From assembly GCA_964106915.2 (NCBI GenBank), contig OZ066919.1: DNA of 64,000 nt. One strand, written 5' to 3'. Position 1 is the stretch's first letter. Every line of letters begins with the position of its first letter. The translations under genes were made by a program, and so were the position numbers. Positions 52,860-64,000 of the stretch are shown one piece after another. The stretch is from Podarcis gaigeae. Lineage: Eukaryota. The notes below the pieces were generated by a model. The model had not been told where the DNA came from. It made no database searches and was given only the letters and a program-made list of their open reading frames with translations.

Positions 52860-53920
52860 GGGGGGCGTTTTCCACGCTCCTTCCGCGCCTCAGAACTCGC
52901 TGCCGCCGGGGGCCCCGTCCGCTAATCCCATCCCCGCTTCCCGGCTCATTGTCACCCCCCCTCCACAGCCCCCCCCCCGCATCCCACGCGCGAACCAGCC
53001 TCTCTCGCCTCGGCCCCCACGAAGCGCCCGCCCTCGCCCCGGACCTGGCTCTTCTTTACCTGCCTCAGAGAGGAGGGGCGGTGGGCTCCGCGCACCCAGA
53101 AACGGCTCATATTCACCCGCTCCTTGGGAGGCGACCAAGACTCCAGCAGCGCTTCAGCCGGGGAAGGAGGTCTAACGCCCCGCCGTGAACGTCCGGGCGG
53201 GGCGAGGGGGCGCAGAGACAGGGCGACCTGAGACTCCTTCTTCCAGAGGGAACGGCAAGGCTGGGCCGCAGCGGCCTCGGGCCCTTCCCCACCCCCCCGC
53301 CCACCGTCCTCCGCAGCGCCGAGGAAATGAGACGGCGCACTTTCACACCAGTCCAGCGGCCGCTGCAGACCAACTGAGTCGCCTGTCTGGCTCGAAGCCA
53401 CCACAAGACGGAGAAGGGCGGAGCTAACCTTCCTCCCCTTTCTATATCCGCCAATCCGCATGGACCAGAGTCTGATTGGCGGCTCACGCGGCTAATCATA
53501 TCGAAGACTTAAGCACGGTCGAGGTGTGGGTCGCCTTTTGGTTAGCGAAAGAGCGCTTGAGTGACAGGCCAGCTTGACTCAAGCGCAACAACAGCTTCGG
53601 CCGAAGCCTGCGAAAGGGCGAGGAAGAGCGAACGGGGGGGGGGGGGAGGAGGAGGAGGAGGCGGGTTGCTAGGGGAGCTTCAGAACTATTGGCCATCAGT
53701 CGAAGGCGGGTGATAAACAGGGCGTCAGGCCAATGAGAATGTGCTTACCAGAGACTGCAAAGCCTGGGAGCCAATTCTAAACTGTTTACCCGGGAGGAGG
53801 AATAATACAGCTGTCAACACGGGCTTAGACCTTAATTAGTGCTGAGAGACAGTGAAGAGTCATGAACCGCCTGGGCGCTGGACGGAGGTGGGATCAAGAT
53901 TTGCTGAGTGGGCGTTTGGA
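52860..53920. promoter_or_regulatory. CpG island and TATA-less TESK2 promoter with CCAAT and GC boxes
   Basis: Only extended CpG-dense unique region in an AT-rich window. GGGCGG at ~53416; CCAAT at ~53451, ~53730 and ~53772; ATTGG at ~53475 and ~53688. Confidence 0.85.
53060..53425 (-). other. TESK2: TESK2 non-coding exon 1 (boundaries approximate)
   Basis: GC-rich segment downstream (minus strand) of the CCAAT/GC boxes. Best donor CAG|gtaaag at 53060; alternative CGG|gtgaat at 53117. TSS is inferred, not observed. Confidence 0.6.
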
Positions 53921-54139
53921 TATGCAGCAGCGTTTCTAGTAATAAAAACACACACGTGCACGCGTAATAATAATCGTTAATTTGTGTATTACTGTGTCAT
54001 GAGATGCCCAAAATCTTCGTGACACAGCACATGTGGAAGGCGTTGAGGCATCGCTCCTGGTGTGTGCAAGTTGCCCAGGTCTCACTGCCATAAAACTGTG
54101 CGCTCAACACATAAACCTGGGAACCCTTCATCTTGGTAT

Positions 54140-54604
54140 TGCCATAGTTGCCTTGCCCACATTCCTGTCTCTGCACTCCTGTCTCTGCAAGATCTACACT
54201 GGCTTGGTCATGTCCACAGAATGGAAAATGGCAGGATCCCCAAGGAAGTGCATTACAAAGATGTATGTAAATGTGAGAAGAAGGCTGGCAACATTAACTG
54301 TGCTGTGTGGTAATTCCCCACAGATGACCCACAGTGCCTGGAGACAAGTCGCGTATCCACAGCAGTGATCAGTCAAGGAATCAGTCAAGGAATGATCACT
54401 GGGAGGAGCACAGAAAGAAGAAACACCATGGTACAGCTGCATCAGCACAACCAGATGCCTTCATCTGCCCCACCTGCAACAAAACATGTCTCTCTCATAT
54501 CAGTCTCTACAGCTGCATCAGCACTGTAACCCTCCAATGATCTGACTTCACCCCTGAAGGTGCACTCTTCCATTGTCTCCTGAGACAGAAGGATGGCAAC
54601 CAAC
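54140..54604 (+). mobile_element. RTE-clade LINE 3' fragment
   Basis: LHWLGHVHRMENGRIPK and the C-terminal FICPTCNKTCLSHISLYS zinc-finger-like motif, in broken frames; ends ...ggatggcaaccaac. Confidence 0.8.
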
Positions 54605-54606
54605 TA

Positions 54607-54847
54607 CAGTGGTACCTCAGTTTACGAACTTAATCCATTTTGGAAGTCTGTTATTAAACCGAAACCGTTCTTAAACCAAGGTGTGCTTTCCCTAATGAGG
54701 CCTCCCACCGCCGGTGCCCTTCCACCATTTGGATTACGTTCTTAGACGGAGGTAAAGTTCACAAACCGGGACACTGCTTCTGGTTTTGTGGCGTTCGTAA
54801 ACCGAATCGTTCGTAAACAGGGCTGATCTTAAACAGAGGTACCACTG
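54607..54847. mobile_element. Tc1/mariner (Tigger/pogo-like) MITE
   Basis: TA|CAGTGGTACCTCAGTTTA ... TAAACAGAGGTACCACTG|TA. Confidence 0.88.
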
Positions 54848-56882
54848 TATTAGCATATTAAGATACATGAATTAATGGCAGTTCTGTGTGTCCATTGCCT
54901 AGCAATTAAAGTTACACTTACAATATGAAGCCAATTTGCCTCCTTTGCACTGTGTAACTGGTGGGTAGTGCTCTTATTAAAATGCAATGTGCATTGCTAT
55001 CCTCATTCATCTTTAAAATGTGAAAATTATCTTCATATGAGCAAAAGACTTTAGTTTCTTGTTCAAGAAGATAATGAAGGGAATCTTTAGATGAAATGGC
55101 ACTGTAACAGAGGAGATCCATCCACACCACTCTGCCCAGTGAATCACACTGCTTCAGCAACAATGTCATCTGCTTCAAATAAGTAAAGATAGAATTAAGA
55201 CACATTATTGCTCCCTTACCTGTCCATGAAAGAGATCTTGCTTTGTGTTTTGAAATGTTGTGCTTCAGGTTTTGTTAATTATTATTTAACATGGATAGTA
55301 ATTACAGTATATTGAAAATGCACTGCAGATGTCAAGGTCTTGTTTGACATATACTTGAGAGGCAGACTGACCTCTTATATACCCAGTATATAAGACACTA
55401 ATCAAGCAACACCCAATCAAGTCAAACATTAAAAACTAACATGTGTTAACTATGTGCCTGTAGTTTGGGGGGGGGGGGCTTTGTTCTCACCAGCCAGCAA
55501 CCTAACTTCCAAGGTGCACAACCTAGTGGATGTGGCACTAAGGTCAGGGATTTATGAGATTCATTCAGGGATTCACCTGAGTGAATATGCATAGGAGAAG
55601 ACACTCCTTGACGTAACCTGATCCTGGATCACTTAGGACTTTAGAAACCAGCATTTCTAATTATTTCCAGAAGAACTAGCAACCAATGAAGATATTTCTA
55701 CACTTCCCATATCACACCATGACCCCCAGTGGCTAGTGATAGACAGTAATTAGAAAGTCATATTTTTAAACAGCTGCAACTTCCAAATAGTCATCAAGTA
55801 CTGGCCCATGCAAAATACATTACAATGGTTCAAATTTTAAGTCTGAACATCTCTTACTTTTGTCACAACCAAAAGTTATGACTGGTATATGCAGATAATT
55901 TAAGAAACTTATCATTTTTATTTATATGTCCTATTAAAACAGCTGGGCTTCATGATGCACATATGTAATATGACTACCCTACACCTACAAAAGAAGAAGA
56001 AGACCTCATGCATCAATCTACCAACTATACCACTATGACTTTGAATCAATATTGGAGCAGTGGGCTGCATAAATTCAGTTCCTGATCACTGAGTACCCTT
56101 AGCTAAGTCACTAACTCCAATCCTAATTTGCTTCTCACTGTAGCAGTTAGGATGAACAGAATAAGAACTGCAAAGCGCTTTGTACTCTGGTGTTAGAAAA
56201 ATATCAATTACAGCTTTGAAACATGATAAATGCCCTTCTCTTCAGGTTTCCAACTCAAAATAGATACCCATGGCAGCAGAGACTTACCTGATTATGCACC
56301 TAGCATAATGCAAAACAGTTATCCCATAATACATTGTAACCACTCTTAGTATGCTCCTCTTGGTACTCATAACTGAGGTGTTGAATTAAAAGGATACATT
56401 CCATCCACCTTTATCAATAGAGTGGGTGAATTCTAAAGAGGGGGGAAATGTGATCTTGGGTGGGTATGTAGTGTTGTAGTTATAAAAAGGGATAGATCCC
56501 TTCTGTACAAAGTGTTGTTGCCATAGTCTATCAGGGCTTCTCTATAAAAGTCAGATTTCTCTTTTCTGCTAGGTCCTATGATATCCAGATTACAAATCAA
56601 ATTTCTCAGGAATTTTATGGAGCTCTCTAGCAGCATTTGGGGTTGTTCACATGTTTTTGTTCTTGGTTCAAGTATAAATATCCCTGTTAGTATCAGCAGA
56701 TCAGTTAATAATAGCCCTGGCTGCAATCCCAACCTTACTTTCTTGGGAGTAAGCCCCTCTGAATTCAACAGAGTTTGTGATTAGGCTTGTGGTGAGTACA
56801 CAGAGGCTGCAGTCCTGTATCCACTAACCAGGGAGCAAGTCCCACCAAACTCAGTGAGACTTATTTCTGAAAAGAGATGTAA

Positions 56883-57218
56883 AAAGGTAAAGGGACCCCT
56901 GACCGTTAGGTCCAGTCGCGGACAACTCTGCGGTTGCGGCGCTCATCTCATTTACTGGCTGAGGGAGTTGGCATACAGCTTCCGGGTCATGTGGCCAGCA
57001 TTACTAAGCCGCTTCTGGTGAACCAGAGCAGCGCACGGAAACGCCATTTACCTTCCCGCCGGAGCAGTACCTATTTATCTACTTGCACTTTGACGTGCTT
57101 TCAAACTGCTAGGTTGGCAGGAACAGGGAGTGAGCAACGGGAGCTCACCCTGTTGTGGGGATTCGAACCTCCAACCTTCTGATTGGCAAGCCCTAGGCTC
57201 AGTGGTTTAGACCACACA
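56883..57218 (-). mobile_element. Sauria SINE (Squam1), near full length
   Basis: Minus strand: GTGGTCTAAACCACTGAGCCTAGGGCTTGCC...GGTTCGAATCCCC (B box)...TGCAAGTAGATAAATAGGTAC...GGGGTCCCTTTACCTTT tail. Confidence 0.9.
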
Positions 57219-58899
57219 GTATAGTATAGGGCAGTGCTATGAAACATTGAAGGATGGTGACCTCTAGCGCTCAAAAGAGAGAACAATTCAAGTGTTTACT
57301 GCTACTGTATCTGGAATTAAAATCCTTTGAGAATGGTGTAGCAATTCCACTTACTTAAAAATGGCCAGTTAGTTAATATTTAAATGAAAGGGAAGAAAAC
57401 AACAACAAAGATAGAGGTGCACAGCCAATATATACCTGCTCTTAAAAATACAGGAAAGCAGCTGCTCACAGCATGATCTTGTCCCCACTTCCATTTATGG
57501 ACTACATCAGCCTTTACTACAATCTGTTCTGAAACTCAGTTTATTTTAATGTATGAGTGGCAAATACCATAGATGTAAAATGCACACACATACACAGTTC
57601 TACTTTTTCAAGAGAGAGGAAATGATATTTTCTCCCATCCAGCCACAGATTTGTATATTCTGTCAACATATTATTTACAATTAAACAAGTAACATATAGA
57701 AAGTATGGTGCAGATTCGGACATTTGTGTTACTTATTTATTATTTTTGTGGCACAGTCAATGTAAATGCTACTTTACAAGCTGGGAAGCAAACCACATAA
57801 TTGCTAAAAATGTACAATCTAAACAGAGGCAAATAAAGGACAGGAACAGAAAAGAAAGATCAGAATAAAAATAAGAGCAAACACTTTACAAACTAAAGCA
57901 AGTAAAAACACATATGAGTTTCCTAAGTTTTAGTACAGTACCATCAGCAGAAATACTGCTGTGAGAAAGCACCCCTGCTTGCATTAAATAATGTACAGTT
58001 ATCTGAGAATAGTGCTCTTTTGTGCAGGTAGATATAAATACATAATTTTAGACAAGTTAGTTCAAAACACTATCAGCTTTTACAACCATCAACCCCCTTT
58101 CCAATAGTAAAAGCTAATATTTAGTAATATTTAGTTCTGCAGACACACTAATAATTGCACTGTTGTAGTAGAACAAGATAAGGGAGAGAAGATCCATAGG
58201 TAGAATTGTTTTCAAACATATTTAGCACTATTTCAAACATATTAGCTGCCTAGTGATGGAAGAACTTTAAGGATTTTGGTAGCTTGTCGCATGAAGAGTA
58301 TGTACTGCTATTCCTTACTCTCAAGCAAACTCAAGCACTGTTCTCTGTCCTTTGCAAGATACAAAGCAGCCATTTACCAACTCTCTGGGGACATCTTCTG
58401 GCAGGCACTTAAATCACTCCTTATTTATAGGGAAGTATCCTGTACTGTATTAAGTTTTGGAGATCTGAAATCTGGTGTACTAGTTGAGATTGTAGTTAAG
58501 AGTCTACATGTTAAGAGTCTGAAATTTAGCCCGCAATCCTGTGGCTATTTCAGAATCCCAAGTATTTAATCTTACATGTTTTTAATTGAACTTACTGCTG
58601 CAAATAAAGCATGGTGAAAAATATGTCCCAGATCCTGCAGAGCAGAGGATTTGAGATGTGTTGCCAATTATCACATTTGTAGCTTGGGAATGCTGTGAGA
58701 TCCTACCCTCATTTTGGAGGGTGAGGTGTCTTCTGTGGCATGAAGCATGTTTTATCTGTTTCAGCTACCCCCTCCTGGATAGATGTAGCTTCAGCTATCT
58801 ATGTCTGGTATCATGCTGTAATAAATGCATTGCATGTGAGTCTGTCCTCATAAACTTCAGCTGCTCCAAAAAACATCAGAAAGACAATTGACCCTAAAT

Positions 58900-59033
58900 C
58901 AGCCTTTCCCAACCATGTGTCCTCAGTTTTTGCAAGACTACAACTTCCACCACCAATCTCCACTGAACATGATGGCTAGGGATGATGGGAGTTGTAGACC
59001 AACAACATCTGGGAACTCAGTGTTGGGAAAGGC
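58900..59033. mobile_element. MITE of the same group
   Basis: gcctttcccaac...gactacaacttcc / gatgggagttgtag...gttgggaaaggc inverted arms. Confidence 0.75.
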
Positions 59034-59312
59034 CACTTGGAACTTAACTCACCAGTATTAAACACATTTCCCCTGGTTTCAAAGCCTCCCCAGAAGACTC
59101 AAACTAAGGGCTGTTTCATATAAGCAGGGAAGCCACTTTGTAAAAACTGCTTCAAAATTGTTTCATATGATAGGATGGAGAATTATACATCTGAATATTC
59201 CCAAACTGCAAGGAACACAGTAATCTCTACCTCAGGATGGAGTCTACTTCATGCCATTTCTACATGTTCGAACCGCTTCTCAATGATTTTCTAAGGCAGG
59301 CTGGGATGGTAA

Positions 59313-59415
59313 TGGACTTCAACTCTTATCAGCTCCAGCAAGCATGGCCAGTGGTCAGAGATGATGGGTACTGTAGCTCAACATCATCTGGAGGACCACA
59401 AGTTCCCCATCCCTG
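59313..59415. mobile_element. Partial MITE of the same group
   Basis: ggccagtggtcagagatgatggg...catctggaggaccacaagttccccatccctg. Confidence 0.65.
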
Positions 59416-59478
59416 TTCAAAGGAATGCTCCAAAAATTACTTTTCCCAGCACAGAGATTGGCACACCTTCCCTGACCA

Positions 59479-59866
59479 CAGCATCGGAAGAAGCTGCTGG
59501 GGCGCCTAGGGCGGCATGTCCAGGGGCGGGGCAATCCACCCATAGGGATGGGACTAATTGCGCCGCCCATGGGCAAGGGCGGGGCGGGGCAAGCCGCTCA
59601 TAGGGGTGGGGCGCACCACAGGGCCTCTGGAGTCTGCATGCCTCATCCCACTCAGCTGTCCTACAGCTGGAGGGGAGGCAGCAGGTGGACAGTCTGGGCA
59701 GCGTGGAGCCTGCATGCACCCAAGCCACCGCGTCTCTCTCAGAAGAGATGTGTGGCTCGGGTGTGCTGCAGGCCCCGTGGTGAGTGCCACCCGGCATTTT
59801 GTCACCCCCATCAGTGGCGATACCCAGGGCGGCCCGCACCCACCGAACCCTCTTCCTCCGCCTCTG
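59479..59866. mobile_element. Longer copy of the same hAT family, inverted relative to the 35.8 kb copy
   Basis: Reverse-complement similarity is visible even in the ORF translations (MPGSTHRGACSAPEPHVS vs MPGGTHHGACSTPEPHIS). Ends cttcctccgcctctg; degenerate TSD cctgacca/cctgtctg. Confidence 0.8.
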
Positions 59867-61859
59867 CCTGTCTGTATTTGCAAGTGTGCATTCCACTTGT
59901 GTTGCCATTCACATGCACAGAAATGAATGTCTTTGCCCATTCCAGCAAAGAAATTAACTTCTAATCTCTGTGCCTTAAAAATGAATGACTGCTGCAAAAC
60001 CTAAAATAGAGGACAAGGGCAAAAGCTAGAGGAAAAGACAGGAGCTGTCCAAAGTGATGCAGTGAGGTAGGTAGGGAGGTGAATTGTTTGTAAAAGACAG
60101 GGAGAAATTGTGGTTTTCAGGAGAAGTGGGTCTGGTGGGAGAAGGCTTGGCAAAGGGTAGAAGGCTATTCCAGCAGCAATCACAGAGTGTGGCAGCAAGA
60201 CAGACAACTCATTGAGTTTTCCATTACTTCCTGAAGAGTTTAAAAGCAGCACTGGAAGGAAAGGATCAAAGTTAATGTTTCACAAGGGCAACAATCCTTT
60301 CTTATTTATCTTCCCCACACATACAGGAAGGCCAAGGAAGGCAGGCATCCTGAAAACCACACTCCAGGAAGCTCAGCTCATTTGCTGTGCATCCTGTCCT
60401 CCCCTCCATCCCCAGCCCTTCATCTAATTATACTCTAATATGCCTGCAGACAGATCTTCAGTCCTTGGATTATATCACACCAGATGGCTTTATTCCTCTA
60501 AAAGTGATATGCTGCTAAACTGGGATGGAAGGAGGGAGCAAAGAAATAACCAACCCCCTTTCTTATCATTCCAGATTGCTTTGTCTTGCATTTTGTTTGC
60601 AGGACATTTCCTTCCCTGGATACACTACTGCTTTTATTTTTAGCATGTGATTGCTCCTAAGCAACCTGTGAAATTATTCTCTCCAAACATATATTAAGTG
60701 TGGAAAAAGGTTTTTAAAACATGAGAATGTTGTTTATGTGGCAACCTGCTTCCAAAGGCGTCCCAGCCCACAGCTGAGAAATCTGGTCTATGTAATAGAA
60801 AGCACATTACAGAAGGGATCCGCACAGCATCTCCTACACAGTCTGCAACCTGTGAGGAATGAAAGTGGTGCGCTGCTTTATAGCAAAGATGCTACAAAAA
60901 AAGATCCTGGGTTGTGCATCACTGCTTAATCAGAATCAGTAACTGTGACAAGAGGAAGTCCATCCCTCTGAAACCATATCCAGCTCTGACAGATTACATT
61001 CGCAGAGATGCCACATCCTCTAGGGGCGAAATGCCTCATTATCAATTTTCAGTCGCACTGTGAATGACTAATTTGCACAGAGATAGGGTTGCTGCTTGCC
61101 AGCTTTTCCCCTGTGTTTTTCTGGTAGCTATGGGACCATCAGAAATGTAGCAAACACAGCTTTTATTGGCATGGAAATACAGCGACAGGGGCAAAAACCC
61201 CTCTGCCTGCTAAATTCTACTTATAAACACAGCTGCTAAAAGCAGAGAAGCTTGGGGCAGGGAGGGGGTGCAACTGTAACCCAGAGCTATGTTTGCTATG
61301 TTTTTTTGCAGAAGAATATGCATTTGTCTATTTAAGAAAAAATGTTGAGTGCCTAGGAGTACCTATTAATTATTAGTTGTACATCCAACTTCCTCAAAGA
61401 ATGCTGGTGAATTGTGGCTGCTGTTACACTTTATCTCAGGGGTCCCCAGTATGACACCCTGAGTCTCCCAATTTTATTTTTATTTTTAATTGAGAAGGGG
61501 GTTATTTTATTTTTTGGTTGTTTTTAGCCTGTTGCTTGCTCTTTTGTCTGTGCCTTCTTTGTTTTTGGGTATGCAGACATTTTGCCAGCTGAGGAGTGGG
61601 CTTCTGAGCATCACTAGTTTTTCTGCTCCAAAATGAGTATTTTGTGGTGCCCACAACAGTTTTTTTTAGATTTTAAAATGTGTCCCTGGGCCCAAAATGG
61701 CTAGGAACCCCTGCCTTTTACACTAGAAGATTTCACCAGGGATCAGGATTCTACTAGTCTAAGTGCTGTATGGTATTGTATTAATTTCTGTCTATACCAA
61801 TCCATGCATTTTTAGTATAAAGTCTGCCTCAAAGCATGAAGGTGTGTGTGCCTGTTGTC

Positions 61860-62088
61860 AGTGTCCTAGTGTGGTGCAGTGGTTAGTGTGTTGGACTAGG
61901 ACCTGGGAGACCAGGGTTCAAATCCCCAAGTAGCCATGATACTCAGTGGGTGCCCTTGGACCACTTAGTCACTCCTAGCCTAACCTCCCTCACCAGGTTG
62001 TTGTGAAGATAAAATGGGGAGGAAGAGAATGATGTATGCCACCTTGAGCTCCTTCAGGAAAGGTGGGATGTAAATGTGATAAATAAAC
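61860..62088 (+). mobile_element. tRNA-derived MIR/CORE-like SINE
   Basis: A box tggtgcagtgg, B box gggttcaaatccc, core-like ggttgttgtgaagataaaatgggg, ending in ataaataaa. Confidence 0.75.
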
Positions 62089-62989
62089 AGAGCAGGGTAA
62101 CAAAATGCAGGACATTGCCCTCCTTAATGCTGGTGCAGAAACCATCTTCTGAGTATTGTTGCAATCAATATATAGTATTGCTTATTATTATTCAAAGGAA
62201 AGACAAATAAAGGCTAGCCAGAGTATGAGGAAAGCCAACACAGGTCACAAAAGGGATTACACAAGCACAGGCATGCATTTTCCTAGCACGAGACCAAAGT
62301 ACTGAAGGTTGTCCCATGCCAGTTCTAATAAAACTTTGTATTTGTTTTAGGTGTGGTGGATACAAAAGGCACACTTCCAAACTACAAAACATGCATTTAT
62401 GTGAGAACTCCCTAAACACCATGTGCTTCCTTAATCCTGGTTGCAGCTGGTCTATTAAGATCCTGCAGTTGATACAACATCAAACAACCTCTGTGCTTTC
62501 CCAACCAGCTATAAAGTAAAGGCAGTTACAAAGTTCATCAGGGCTGGTCTGAGACACTTTTGCTGTCTCACGTGGAATAGCAAACGCCAACGCCAACCCC
62601 CAAATCAAGTGACATATTACTAAAGGCTTGCCAATGTGTGTTTTTTTTGGCACCTGAGATGGAAAGTCCCAAATATTTCTCCCTGAGAGTAGAAATGCAA
62701 TTTAAAAAATTAAATAACTAAGAATTTCATTGCCCTTTTGTGACACTCAACTGAGGCTGCTGCTTCATTCTGCCTAATGGCAAGAGAATCTCTAGAAGTG
62801 GATGTTGCTCTTAACTATTCCCTGGTTCCTAACATATTGTTTGACATATAAGAACCCATTTATGGACTTACCCTGTGACAATGATGGCTGCAGAGTTCAT
62901 ATTTTGCCATCACTATTGCATCTGCTCATTGTCACCCAATGGAGCTCTTTAGGGTGATGAAGGGCCTCCAGGGAGTGGACGTCCTAAAG

Positions 62990-63195
62990 CATGGGTATGC
63001 AAACTCAGGCCCGGGGGTGAGATCCGGCCCAACTGCCTTCTCAATCCGGCATGCAGATGGCCCGGGAATCATTGTGTTTTTACATGAGTAGAATATGTCC
63101 TTTTATTTAAAATGCATCTCTGGGTTATTTGTGGGGCATAGGAATTTGTTCATTTCCCCCCAAAAAATATAGTCAGAGCCCCCACAAGGTCTGAC
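62990..63195. mobile_element. hAT-type non-autonomous element, one end only
   Basis: catgggtatgcaaactcaggccc resembles the CAGGCATAGGCAAACT terminus; second TIR not found. Confidence 0.55.
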
Positions 63196-63289
63196 CAGAT
63201 TGCACTCCCTGTGAAGGACCTAGTTCAATGACTTGGTGGTAACTGAGGATGCTCATGCAGCGATGGTGGCTAGAGGTGCTTTTTGCCAA

Positions 63290-64000
63290 TTATTTTTATT
63301 GACATTCCTTAATTTTTAACAAATTGTCACCAAATTAATACAAATTCAATATAAAATTAAAAGTTGACTTCCGACCCCCCCAGATGTCTCCTCCATTTTC
63401 CTCCCTCCTTTGCTGCTCCCAATAAAATAACTTTTCCAGCTATCTTTTCAAAATACATTCATCCCTTTCTCCTTACACATCACCTGTTCAATTACCAATT
63501 TCTGCTATAGCTTTTATACATTGTTATAACTTGACCTCAAAATAGTTGAGTAGAGTAAATCCTCTTCTATCTATCTATCATAGTCATTCATCAATTTTCA
63601 AGCATTTCCTTCTGATACCTCTTGAGTAACACTTTGCCTGAGAAAAACAGATTTTGCTTCCTTCCAGACAACATACACACATTCCTCCTTAACATGGCCG
63701 TGAACATTGCTGTCTGACATCTGGCCCCATTAATCAACGACTCAGCCTCACTGGTGCGGAGGGTGAAAATGAAACCTCTAGATTTTTTTTGTATAAATAT
63801 ATAATATACATCCCTCCCCTCTAATGCTGCCAATCTCCCAGCGCCACCCACACTTCGCATTTCACCAAATTTAATCCTTAATTTTACATACAACCAGGTC
63901 ATTAATAAATAAACAGAATCCATATCTCTTCTTTTCTGTCTGAAAGTCTCAGAAGCCGTCAAGATGGCATACACTGTGGTCCATCCTGTCCCTTTCACTG
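63290..64000 (-). mobile_element. Probable L1/Tx1-like LINE 3' region running off the window edge
   Basis: Minus-strand end GGGGGGTCGGAAGTC...AATAAAAAT resembles the 3' UTR layout of the 21.6 kb element (GGAAGTC plus AT-rich tail). No clear protein motif. Confidence 0.4.

Larger units (their letters stand above)
2065..53425 (-). other. TESK2: TESK2 gene span (11 exons, first non-coding; predicted 674-aa kinase)
   Basis: Coding exons of 222+122+49+147+83+76+84+87+148+1007 nt = 2025 nt join in frame through GT-AG introns. The protein has the TESK2 N-terminus [15 protein letters not shown], the TESK-type catalytic loop HRDLTSKN, DFG and APE. Both gene ends are approximate. Confidence 0.96.

Noticed and set aside
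52811-53696. Several overlapping 80-169 aa ORFs
   Set aside because: Stop-poor CpG-island sequence with no recognisable domain.
59355-59997. Stack of ORFs on both strands
   Set aside because: GC-rich non-autonomous hAT element; no transposase motifs.
1-64000. Prokaryotic-type systems (CRISPR, operons, retrons), intronic snoRNA/miRNA, U12 introns
   Set aside because: Vertebrate DNA. No intron has a U12 ATCCTT donor, and I could not support any C/D or H/ACA snoRNA or miRNA hairpin by eye; an Infernal/Rfam scan would be decisive.

Overview
Eukaryotic, AT-rich vertebrate DNA, most likely from a lacertid lizard (inferred from Sauria/Squam1 and Squam3-like SINEs). The window holds one complete gene on the minus strand: TESK2, a dual-specificity kinase of the LIMK/TESK family. 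I traced a CpG-island promoter and non-coding exon 1 (~53.1-53.4 kb) and ten coding exons (43646 down to 5104). All introns are GT-AG with matching phases, giving 2025 nt and 674 aa. The 3' UTR is about 3 kb and ends near 2.07 kb. Introns and flanks contain SINEs, CR1/L2/RTE/L1 LINE fragments, hAT-, Tc1/mariner- and Harbinger-type MITEs, and microsatellites. I found no convincing new biological system. The most notable oddities are: an antisense C-type-lectin (CLEC2/CD69-like) relic in intron 5; a possible splice-switchable uORF plus a start-stop element in the 5' leader; a run of exon-like cassettes upstream of the promoter (possible decayed CCDC163-position gene); an L1 inserted in a SINE with a 19-bp TSD; and a 125-bp templated duplication inserted in a MITE. 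Family names and human comparisons come from recall, not from database searches.
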